Source: the human T2T-CHM13v2.0 reference genome, Homo sapiens
Length of the DNA: 64,000 bases
Reading direction: 5' to 3' (one strand)
Assembly: GCF_009914755.1 (NCBI RefSeq)
Contig: NC_060941.1
Made by a program: the position numbers and the translations under genes. This document shows positions 1 through 14,222 of the stretch, piece by piece; position 1 is the first letter of the stretch; the number at the start of each line of letters is the position of its first letter. The notes beneath the pieces are model-generated. The model saw only the letters and a list, made by a program, of their open reading frames with translations, was not told where the DNA came from and made no database searches.

Positions 1-242
1 TCTGCAGCAGGAACATGTCCTTAAAGCACAGATAGCTCATACTATTATTTGTGGCTTAGGAATGCTTTAAGCGGTTTTCCACCCTGGGTGGGCCAGGTGT
101 TCCTTGCCCTTATTCTGATAAACCCACAACCTTCAGTTTGGGCATCATGGCCATCATGAACATGTCACAGTACTGCAGAGATTTTGTTTATGGCCAGTTT
201 TGGGGCCAGTTTATGGCCAGATTTGGGGGCCTGTTCCCAACA
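1..242 (-). repeat. 3' LTR (MER9-type), cut by window edge
   Basis: Aligns with 5558-5779; starts TG at 242; preceded on minus strand by purine tract GGAAAACAAAAAGGGGAACG (243-262). Confidence 0.9.
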
Positions 243-315
243 CGTTCCCCTTTTTGTTTTCCAAAGTGATAAAAGCAAAGGCAGCTTTGTCATGGTGAGC
301 TAATTCTCACAGGAG

Positions 316-1367
316 TCAGGATCCGCACCTGCAGACTATACAAAGACAAACAACACAGATTAAAAGCACAATCATCATTGAAATCACAGAGCTTCCAAGT
401 GTCTTTATCCACTTTAATGGGTTAATATCTGCTAATCTGTCTGCAGCTCCTTCAAGCACTCCAGTTCCTGGCATTAAGGTCAAGTGTGCCTGGGATGCTT
501 TAAATATTTGTTCTTTTAATTTTGCAATATGCAAAGACAAGTTTGTAGAGTGTCCTTCTAGATGCTTTTTTATTCTTTCCCAAATTTTGATCTTATTAAC
601 AGACATTAATAGTTTCCACAAATCCTTATGTTTAGCTTCTACAGTGGACCATATCATTTGAGGTTGAGGTGCCACTATACCGCCACGTTTCCAGATAATG
701 GGAACTCTTGCTGTATTTCTTACCATTTCTACCATCTGACTGTTTTGTTTAGACCAGCTGAACATAGTGTGGCTGTGGCACACAGACTGAGAGGTGTAAT
801 TTAAGCTAAACATCCCCTTAGGGGACCAATCAATAATGATTCCATAGGAATCGTTGTGCAGCACCTCTACCTGTTCTGCAATGCAATCTTCCCAAACAAG
901 TACATTCATTATTTCTGGCCAGGTCTAATTCTATTTACAAATAGGTTTTGAGCTGCCTTTGCTTTGCCTCAATTATAGGAGCAGATTTATTATGGTAAAT
1001 ATTAAGAGCAGAAAGCATGTGTAACTGTGTCACACAGTGATTACATCCAGGCATTATTGCCAGCCAAGATTGATAAATATGCCCAATAAGTATAACTGTT
1101 CTCTGTGTTGTTCCTTGTTGAAGGAATACTCATGGCAATGGTGATCACCACTATCATATCTATCATTAAATTACTCATTGTGACTGGTTGTCCCACTTTC
1201 CTCAGGTTTTCTTCCACCATCTGTGACAGCTTCTTGATCTGTCCCCAGGTAGGTGGCTGTGTTCGACAGCTGTTGCTCATGATAGTTGGGGTCCTCCTCA
1301 GCATCAGTCTTGACATGGCTGCAACCAGGGGATCCTCGGGATCCTCCTGGAATCTCTTCCTCAGCAT
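316..1367 (-). pseudogene. HML-3 env remnant (signal peptide, partial SU, C-terminal TM)
   Basis: PPTWGQIKKL and YTYWAY (1041-1367); DWSPKG, KLKEQIFKASQAHL and hydrophobic anchor VISMMIVLLICVVCLCIV (316-909). Confidence 0.85.
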
Positions 1368-3880
1368 CTGGCTCGTGGCAAGGTTTCAGGTGTCTTGATG
1401 GCACCCAAATTGGCTATTGATTCGGTCCTGGAGAAACACAAGCATAACCTCTACCCCAAGTTATTATTTTACCTATTTCCCAACTTTTTGTTATTGTATC
1501 TCTCCACCAAACCAGTTGTTCTGCTTCTGTCTTTGCAGCTGGTTTCTGTAGATGCTGTTCAGCTGCTGGCCTTTAAGCAGGCTCAAAAAATTTAAAGTCA
1601 ATAATGCTAGAATCAATTGCATATGGGGTGTCCCGTAGTCCCTGCTTCTCCCCTTTTGCTTTTGCAACTGCTGTTTCAGGGAGAGATTCATTCTTTCTAC
1701 TATGGCTTGTCCTTGAGAATTATATGGGATGCCAGTAATGTGTTTAATATTCCATATAGAGAAAAATGTAGCTAGAGCTTGGCTAGTATAGCCTGGGGCA
1801 TTATCTGTTTTAATAGAAGCTGGAATGCCCATCACCGCAAAACACTGCAAAAGGTGACGTTTAACACAGGCAGAAGACTCTCCTGATTGGCATGTAGCCC
1901 AGACAAAGTGAGAAAAGGTGTCCACACATACATGTACATAAGCTAGTCTCCCAAACGAGGGAACATGTGTGACATCCATTTGCCAAAGAGAATTAGGTTC
2001 CAATCCTTGAGGATTAACTCCTCCTGTAAAAGATGAGGAATGCACCATTTGGCAAGTTGGGCATCGCTGGATAATAGCTTTAGCTTCTTTCCAGGTAATG
2101 CCGTATCTGTGTTTGAGACCAGAGGCATTAACATAGGTTAAATTGTGAAAGTGTCTAGCGTTAGATATTGCATTAGCAACTAGGTGATCAGCCATTTGAT
2201 TCCCTTCAGTTAAAGGTCCTGGAAGAGGTGTATGAGCCCTAATGTGAGTGATGTAAAAAGGATGCATTCTACTCCTGACTGCTGTTTGCAATTGGGTAAA
2301 TAAAGCCATCAGTTGCTCATCTGTGTGGAATCGTAGTTGAGCATTTTCAATTAATTGTGTGGAATGAATCATGTATGAAGAATCAGAAATCACATTGATA
2401 GGCCTATTAAAAGCAGTCAATACCTCAATTACAGCTATAAGCTCTGCTTTTTGAACTGAAGTATAGGGCATCTGAAGCCCTTACTTTTCAAGCCAGAGTT
2501 AGAAGCTTTACCATTACTAGACCCATCTGTGAAGACATTTTCAGCACCTTCAAGTGGTTTGAATTTAGTTATTTTAGGGAGAATCCAATTAGTTAATTTC
2601 AAAAATTGAAACAATTTTGTTTTGGGAAAATGATTATCAAGAATACCCACAAAGTCAGCTAAATGGGTTTGCCAGGTAAGACTATTTATAAAAGCTTGCT
2701 CTATTTGTGCCTTCATGAGAAGGACAATAATTTTTCCAGGACCATATCCATGTAATTTAACAATCTGAGTTCTCCCATTTCCTATCATAGTAGCGATTTG
2801 ATCCAAATAAGGAGTTAGAGTCCGTGAATTAGTATGTGGAAGAAAAAGCCGCTCTACAAGATCTTGCTCTTGAACAATAACACCAGTAGGTGAATGCCGA
2901 GTTGAAAAAATTAGCAAATCTAGAGTCTTTTCTGGATCTATTATATTTATTTGAGCTTTATGGACTTGCTTTTTGATGAGCTGCAGCTCTGCATCAGCTT
3001 CTTTTGTTAATTGCCGAGGGCTATGAGACTAGCATCTCCTCTAAGGTTAGAAAATGGCATAGGTAGGAATGCCTAGAGTAGGTCATATCCAATTAATGTC
3101 CCCTGGTAATTTTTGAAAGTCATTTAATGTTTTCAGTTGATCCCTACATATGGTTACTTTCTGTGGCACAATGATAGTGTCATTTACTGAAGTCTCCAAG
3201 TAGGAGTAAGGAGTAGCAGTCTGAATTTTGTCAGGAGCTATAATTAAACCAGCATGAGAAATCAAATTTTGCAAGTGATCATAACATTGGAGTAATATTT
3301 CTCGAGTGGGGGGCAGCACAAAGTATATCGTCCATATAATGAATAATGTAACACTGTGAAAATTTTTTATGAGTAGGTTCAATTGTTTGCCCTACATAAG
3401 TCTGGCAAATTGTTGGACTGTTTAACATGCCTTGTGGCAACAGTTTCCAGTGAAAATGCTTAGCAGGCTGCAGGTTGTTTACTGCAGGAATTGTAAATGC
3501 AAACCATTCACAGTCCTGCTCAGCTAAGGGGATAGTAAAGAAACAGTCTTTTAAATCTATGACTATTAAAGGCCAATTCTTTGGAATCATAGCAGGAGAA
3601 GGCAGTCCTGGCTGCAATGTCCCCATAGGTTGTATAACTGAATTAATGGCTCTTAAGTCAGTTAACAGTCTCCATGTACCTGATTTTTTCTTAATTATAA
3701 AAACTGGAGAGTTCCAAGGGGAAAATGTTGGAGCTATGTGTCCTTTTTCTAATTGTTCAGTAACTAAGTCCTCTGAGCCTCCAGTTTCTCTTTACTTAGC
3801 AGTCATTGTTCTATCCAAATTGGCTCATCTGTTAACCATTTTAAAGGTATAGGTTCTGGAAGCTTAACAATGGCTGCCAT
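1171..3880 (-). pseudogene. HML-3 pol (RT, RNase H, integrase), frameshifted
   Basis: [21 protein letters not shown]; VFTDGS; CPTC, WQMD, KTDN, VER spread over ORFs 3279-3626, 3083-3382, 2435-2917, 1491-2471. Confidence 0.92.
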
Positions 3881-4741
3881 CAAAAATGATATCCTAAACC
3901 TTGGCAGGAACTTTGTCTTTCCGCTTGAAGTGGTTCCTTCAAATCTTGCAAATTTTTTCCTAGTCCCATACCAGGGACATACCCCATTTCATGCACCATA
4001 CGTTGACTTTGAGGGCTATACAATTGCTCTAGAATTAGAACTTGTGCTATCCATTGTTGTAACAAATCTCTTTCCCATAAATGTATAGGTACAGAAGTTA
4101 TAATTGGTTGAATAGTCCCATGTTGTCCATCGGGCCCCTCACAATGCAAAATATAATTACTTTGATATACTTCAGGGGCTTTACCAACTCCAACTATGTT
4201 AAATTGAGTGGGTTGAATTTGCCACGTGGACAGCCAGTGCTGTAGAGAAATGATTGAAATGTCTGCTCCTGTATCTACCAAACCTTTAAATTTCTTTCCC
4301 TGAATAGTTATTTCACAGGTAGGATGTTTATCAGTAATTTGATTCACCCAATAAGCTGCTTTGTCTTGTTTATTTGTGCTTCCAAATTCTCCTATTCGTT
4401 TAATTTCACTTTTCCCCATTTCCACATACGGCACAATCAGAAGTTGTGCTATACGCTTTCCTGGCTCTGCTTTCCAAGGAAAAGAAGTAAATATAACAAT
4501 TTGAATTTCCCCATTGTAATCTGAATCAATGACTCCTGTATGTACTTGCACTCCTTTTAAATTTAAACTAGATCTACCTAGAAGTAATCCTATCATCCCC
4601 CCGGCAAGCATCCACAGACCCCTATTGGAACTTTTTGTGGGGATTCCCCAAGCATAAGGCTCACAGCTTTTGTGCAGTATAAATCTACTGTGGCACTACT
4701 GGCTGTCGTGGGGGACAGACATTGTACAGGGGTGAGGGAGT
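3880..4741 (-). pseudogene. HML-3 pro: dUTPase + aspartic protease + G-patch
   Basis: GRSS, GVIDSDYNGEI (dUTPase); LVDTGADISII (protease); EMGYVPGMGLGK (G-patch). Confidence 0.92.
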
Positions 4742-5141
4742 GAGCTATAATATTTCCCTGTTGATCTGGGGGGTATATCCTAACAGGGAACTGCCAAGCC
4801 TCTATATCACCCTCTCGTCTAGCTGGCTCAATTCCTGCCTGAATAGAACTGAGAGCAGTCACTCGAGGCACTGCTAGAACAGTCACTGGGGCAACTACTT
4901 TTCACCCAGTGTCCTCTGGAAAAGAAAGATCTGTAGGGTCAGGTCACTCTTTTTCTTCAAAATAATGAGGGGGTGAAGAAGAGTAGGGACAAACCTCTTC
5001 CTCATTTGCCGCTTTAGCTTCAGCCAGCAAACAAACCTGCTGTGTCATCTCTTCTGTTACTTTGTTATACTTTCCTTCCTTCTCATCATTAGTGTGAAAA
5101 GGTTCTAAGGTGGAACGCACCAGAGCCCACACTTGTCCCAT
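4742..5141 (-). pseudogene. HML-3 gag 5' remnant (matrix region only)
   Basis: MGQ start shortly after PBS; WQFPV motif; no capsid MHR or zinc knuckles before dUTPase sequence begins. Confidence 0.75.
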
Positions 5142-5270
5142 TGTTACCCTGATGTTTCCGAGCTCCCCTTCTTACTCACCATGGGGATTGCTTAAGGGTA
5201 CTCGGGTGTCCTCCAGCTTAGTTCCACATTCTCCAACCATCACTCCAGCGACCCTTCAACTGGGGTTCAA

Positions 5271-5288
5271 GCCCCACGTTGGGCGCCA
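5271..5288 (-). other. Primer binding site, tRNA-Lys(CTT)
   Basis: Minus strand TGGCGCCCAACGTGGGGC, complementary to 3' 18 nt of tRNA-Lys(CTT), 2 nt from the LTR end. Confidence 0.93.
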
Positions 5289-5290
5289 CT

Positions 5291-5779
5291 TGCCGACACC
5301 AGCTCGGTCTTGGAGACCCTAACCCAGCGGCGCTAGAGGAATTAAAGACACACACACAGAAATATAGAGTGTGGAGTGGGAAATCAGGGGACTCACAGCC
5401 TTCAGAGCTGAAAGCCCCGAACAGAGTTTGACTCACATGTTTATTGACAGCAAGCCAGTGATAAGCATTGTTTCTAAAGATTATAGATTAACTAAAAGTA
5501 TTCCTTATGGGAAACAAAGGGATGGACTGAAACAAAGGGATGGGCTCTGGCTAGTTATCTGCCACGTCCTTAAGGCACAGCTCGCTCATGCTATTGTTTG
5601 TGGCTTAGGAACACCTTAAGAGGTTTTCCCCCCTGGGTGGGACAGGTGTTCCTTGCCCTCATTCCAGTAAATCCACAACCTTCAGTGTGTGCATCATGGC
5701 CATCATGAACATGTCACAGTGCTGCAGAGATTTTATTTATGGCCAGTTTATGGCCAGATTTGGGGGCCTGTTCCCAACA
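5291..5779 (-). repeat. 5' LTR (MER9-type)
   Basis: TG...CA termini on minus strand, abuts PBS, homologous to 1-242. Confidence 0.92.
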
Positions 5780-5894
5780 GCAGATTCTATGACCACTTCA
5801 GCCCTGCCTTTACAGTTTCTGTTTACCTGTAAACTTTTTCTTCCTGTGGCCTAGGGTAGTTCAGGATCACTAAAAATGTGTTCTGTGATATATT

Positions 5895-5900
5895 AATAAA
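5895..5900 (+). terminator. B4GALNT2: AATAAA, candidate distal poly(A) signal of B4GALNT2 long 3'UTR
   Basis: Canonical hexamer just past the provirus; assignment to B4GALNT2 rests on recalled locus layout, no B4GALNT2 coding exon is in the window. Confidence 0.5.
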
Positions 5901-6200
5901 AATTCCTGAAAAATGGACTTACAGCAAAATTGATTTTGGTACTCAAATAATTTTGAAAAATATTGCATGCTATGTCTCCTTCTTGTAAGGTTGCAGTTCA
6001 CATTAGTGTAGTAAAGCCTCTGAGAAGACCTGAAGTAAGGAAATCTCTTTAACTTTGTTTAATTCAGCATTTCTGAAGTACAGTTAGAGACAAGCAGTCA
6101 TTTTTTATTCTCCCAAAACAGAACTGAGCACACACCTCATTCATTGTATGTCATAAAGATTATATTGCTATAACTTTTTTTGTATAGTAACATAGCTATA

Positions 6201-6337
6201 GGCCAGGCATGGCGGTTCACACCTGTAATCCCAGCACTTTTGGAAGCCATGGCAGGAAACTTGCTTGAGCCTCAGGAGTTTGAGGCCAGCCCAGGCAACA
6301 TAGCAAGACCCCATCTCTAGTAAAAAAAAAAAAAAAA
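6201..6337 (+). repeat. FLAM/Alu left monomer
   Basis: Alu 5' consensus, single arm, A tail. Confidence 0.85.
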
Positions 6338-6681
6338 GACGAACATAGGCAGCCTTTGATTGGAAGAAAAAAATAAGATAAACAAGCATAGATATATAGG
6401 AAAACAACATTGCATTGTCCCATCCCAATGCAGTCCCATATGACTCCCCTTAGTTCCAAGCAAGAAGAGCACCTACCTGGACCTTGTGCTCTAGAGTACC
6501 TTGCATGTCACAAACGTGCACTTACTGACAAAGCCCAGGGCATCTCTGTCACTTAGGATCCAGTGCTTGGCACTAGTACAGCGTGACTGGTAACCCTAAA
6601 CATCCGTTCTTGGGACTAATGCTATTCAGGCCCCAGGAAAATACTTCTATACTTCTCCACATCTCTTGCCTTGTGTCATCA

Positions 6682-7110
<429 letters not shown>

Positions 7111-7115
7111 GTGTT

Positions 7116-7300
<185 letters not shown>

Positions 7301-7420
7301 TCAACTAAAACCTTGTGCTTAGGAATTCTGACACAAGCCCTTATCTCATTGCAGGCTGACAACAAAGAGCTCCCAGACCAGGCCTCAGAGCACACTTTGA
7401 ATAGAATTGCTTTAGATTAG

Positions 7421-7609
7421 TGATCAGCAAACATTTTTGTAAAGGACTAGATAGTAAATATCTTAAGTTTTGTAATCCACATAAGGTCTCTGTTACATAT
7501 TCTTTTAAAAAGATAACTCTTTAAAACTGTAAAAGCCATACTGAGGGCTTAAGGGGCCATTCAAAAACAAGCCATAGGCTGCATTTAGCCCTTGGCTGTA
7601 GTTTGCTGC
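7421..7609 (+). mobile_element. MER58-like hAT DNA transposon
   Basis: TCAGCAAAC...GATAGTAAATAT...TAGTTTGCTG with inverted termini. Confidence 0.7.
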
Positions 7610-7759
7610 TTTACTTAAAACTGTTCTTAGAGTACAAATTATGTGAACAATCTTGATTATAAAAGCATAATTAGTGATTTTGTTGAAATAAAAGCAAGAA
7701 AATTAAATTATGTGGGATAAATATACGATAATTTACAAATTATATATATGTGTATGTGT

Positions 7760-8061
7760 CTTTGTTTTTTTGTTTGTTTTTGAGACAGAGTCTCACTCTG
7801 TTGCCCAGGCTGGAGTGCAGTGTTGTGATCTTGGCTCACTGCAACATCCGCCTCCCAAGTTCAAGCAATTCTCATGCCTCAGTCTCTCTAGTAGCTGAGA
7901 TTACAGGCACCCACTACCATGCCCAGCCAATTTTTGTATTTTTTGTAGAAAGGAAGTTTCACCATGTTGACCAGGCTCATCTTGAACTCCTGATCTCAAG
8001 TGATCTGCCCACCTTGGCCTCCCAAAGTGCTGGAATTATAGCCGTGAGCCACTGCACCCAG
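7760..8061 (-). repeat. Alu
   Basis: Reverse Alu consensus. Confidence 0.9.
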
Positions 8062-8081
8062 TCAAGTGGTGGTTTTTTTGA

Positions 8082-8429
<348 letters not shown>

Positions 8430-8501
8430 TAATTATTATTATTATACATACCTTGGTGTTCAGTTGATGGATTGTTGATGTTTGGACGAGTAAGAACAAA
8501 T

Positions 8502-8861
<360 letters not shown>

Positions 8862-8956
8862 TCAAGGTAAGAGGATAGAACATTAAACACTTTGCTAGCT
8901 TCATTTTTTATAGCTTTAAATATTTACACATAAGGATGTTGGTTTTCATATGTACT

Positions 8957-9229
8957 CTTTTTTTTAATCTTTAGAGACAGAGTCTCACTCTGTTGCCCAG
9001 GTTGGAGTGCAATGGCGCGATCTCGGATTCAAGTGATTCTTGTACTTCAGCCACCCAAGTAGCTGGGACTACAGGCATGCATCACCATGCCCAGCTAATT
9101 TTAGTATTTTTTGTAGAGATGGGGTTTCACCATGTTGGCAGGCTGGTCTCAAATACCTGGGCTCAAGCAATCCTCCCACCTCAGCCTCCCAAAATGCTGG
9201 GATTACAGGCTTCAGCCACCACGCCTGGC
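8957..9229 (-). repeat. Alu (old, small internal deletion)
   Basis: Reverse Alu consensus. Confidence 0.85.
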
Positions 9230-9562
9230 TTGCTTAACCTAATTTGAGTTGGTTCCTGTTACTTATAAACAAAGTGTCCTAAATAATACAACCATGCTGT
9301 ACAACTGCCTGTTTCCAAAACAGAAAGGCATACATAAATAAAAAGTTTTCTCCTTCGGGCAGTTTGGAAGCAAAAACCAGGTCACAGACAATACCAGCCA
9401 CATAGGCTTTCCTCCAGCCTTGAGTTTCAGACACAACCAAAGAGCCTGGACCAAACCAATGACAAAGCTATCCTTCCAGGACACTGAGTATCCCCCTGAT
9501 ATTTTCTGCTAAACTCCAAATTTCAGGAAAGCTGGGTACAAATAGCCAAATAATTGCATGGG

Positions 9563-9576
9563 CCTCCAGGGGGCGC
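9563..9576 (+). promoter_or_regulatory. CTCF core motif
   Basis: CCTCCAGGGGGCGC, one mismatch to CCACCAGGGGGCGC, in apparently non-repeat DNA. Confidence 0.6.
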
Positions 9577-9738
9577 TCAAGCCTGCCCTCTCTGTTTCCT
9601 TTACTTCTTCCCCACCCGCTTAACCCAGGAAAGGAAAACTGCGGCTGTGCTTTTGGAGAGGACGGATCTTATTGGCTACTGGGCTACTGGTCTTTTTCTT
9701 GCCTGCATAGGTGTGTCTATTTCCTGCGGCTGAAGTAG

Positions 9739-10106
<368 letters not shown>

Positions 10107-10194
10107 AAAAATCTCATAATGGTTTAAGAAGGTTTACAAATTTGTGTTGGCCCGCATTAAAAGCCGTCCTGGGCCACAGATTGGACCAGCCTGC
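10107..10194 (+). mobile_element. MER30 fragment
   Basis: AAAATCTCATAATG...TTTGTGTTGG...GCCGTCCTGGGCC resembles the MER30 3' half. Confidence 0.7.
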
Positions 10195-11580
10195 TCTAGG
10201 AGAAGCACCCCTGTCCTTTACCTTCCAGATCTACATCTGGTGGGCAGTGGGCAGGTTGACCTTTCTGAAACCTACACACAGCTTTAACTGCTCACTTCCT
10301 GTTAGTGGTGTTCACAGGTGTGGGCATGGCCTTAGGAGTAAAAACTCATTAGCTGTTAACAGTCAGGGTTTTAAGGAAACTGAATTGCCAATGAAATCTG
10401 ATTGGCAGTTCCTTAAAACTTACAGGTTTCCTGTCACTTCCAGTCACTTCCAGACATCTCGTCTAGACATATCTTTGAGACTGGGGAACCTATTCTTGTA
10501 ACCACAGGCCACCACCCAGGCCTCTGGCGCTCAGTTAAATGGCTTCTGCCTTGAGGCTATTCACAATAGTCGTCTCTAGTACAGAGGGACCATCTATAAT
10601 CTGCTCTTTGCCCCAGTTTTTCCTCTTCGTGGGCAGAAAATGTTTAAAGCACTGTGATGCAGCAAGCTGGTCTCTTGCCCAAATCAGTGTCCTGCTAAGT
10701 CCCCTGTCTCTGTGGATGCTAACTTTCACTTGGGGTACAGAATTCAGCTTTTCCAGTCCTGTAACACTCCAAGTTGTAGGATTTCCGGTAAACTTGGATT
10801 GCAAGCCACTCTAAGCAAAACTGAAAACTTAAAACAGGGCACCTTCAGCCTAAAAGATGTCTCTTATAGGACCTGAAGACTGCATGAAATCACTAACTCC
10901 TGCCAGCATTCCAATTTTTTCCTACCATTTCCCCTAATTCTACAGTCCTGATAGGCACATAGTCTGTGTTCCAGACACCAGCACCAATTTCAGGATCATT
11001 AAATTTTGAAGAGGTGCCTGCTCTCCACCCTACCTCTTCCACTCAACCCTGCATCTGTCTTGACAGAGGGTTCAAGTTAACACACAGCTTTTCTTTTTCT
11101 TATTCCTTTGCTTGGATGCTCCTGCTTCCTTTATGCCCTTCAGTTTCAAACAAGTTCAATTCAAGTTATATTCAAATTAGAATATAAATTCTAATTCCCT
11201 CATCTTTAAATTTTACCAAGGGATTATCAAGATGTTCCTCATGTAACTGAGTAATCTATATAACTGTATATGCCTCTCTCCTATACCATTGTGCTTGTAA
11301 AGATCCCAGCTCTCCACATGCAAAGGACACAAAACGCATTCATCATAAAAGAAAAAAAAAGATACATTTGACTTTATCCATCAAAATTTAAACCTTCTGC
11401 TCATCAAAAGACATTGACATGGTTTGGCTGTGTCCCCACCCAAATCTCATCTTGATTTCCACGTCTTGTGGGAGGGACCTGGTGGGAGGTAATTGAATCA
11501 TGGGGGCAGGTCTTTCCCATGCTGTTCTGTGACAGTGAATAAGTCTCACAAGATCTGATGGTTTTAAAAAGGGGAGTTTC

Positions 11581-13394
<1,814 letters not shown>

Positions 13395-13777
13395 TTGGTA
13401 TTGAGAGTGAGGTGCTGCTGAAAAGATACTCAAAAATGTGGCAGTGACTTTGGAACGGGGTAACAGGCAAAGGGTTGAACAGTTTGGAGGGCTCAGAAGC
13501 AAACGGGAAAATGTGTTAAAGTTTGGAACTCCCTAGAGACTTCTTGAATGGATTCAACCAAAATGCTGATAATGATATGGACAATGAAATCCAGGCTGAG
13601 GTGGTCTCAGATGGGGATGAGGTACTTGTTGGGAACTGGAGCAAAGGTGACTCTTGTTACATTTTAGCAAAGAGACTGGCAGCATTTTGCCCCTGCCCTA
13701 GAGATTTGTGGAACTTTGAACTTGAGAGATGATTTAGGATATCTGGTGGAAGAAATTTCTAAGCCTTAAAGCATTCA

Positions 13778-14222
<445 letters not shown>

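Larger units (their letters stand above)
1..5779 (-). mobile_element. HERV-K(HML-3)/HERVK9 provirus, decayed and internally deleted
   Basis: Two homologous LTRs, Lys-tRNA PBS, PPT, and gag/dUTPase/protease/RT/RNaseH/IN/env fragments in betaretroviral order; LTR start TGTTGGGAACAGGCCCC resembles MER9. Confidence 0.93.

Noticed and set aside
1041-1367. Rec-like accessory gene from the env leader (PTWGQIKKL)
   Set aside because: Similarity is explained by the Env signal peptide; no Arg-rich NLS or supportable second exon
10535-10814. Overlapping 89/91-aa ORFs, possible processed pseudogene
   Set aside because: No protein family recognised, no poly(A)/TSD signature I can support
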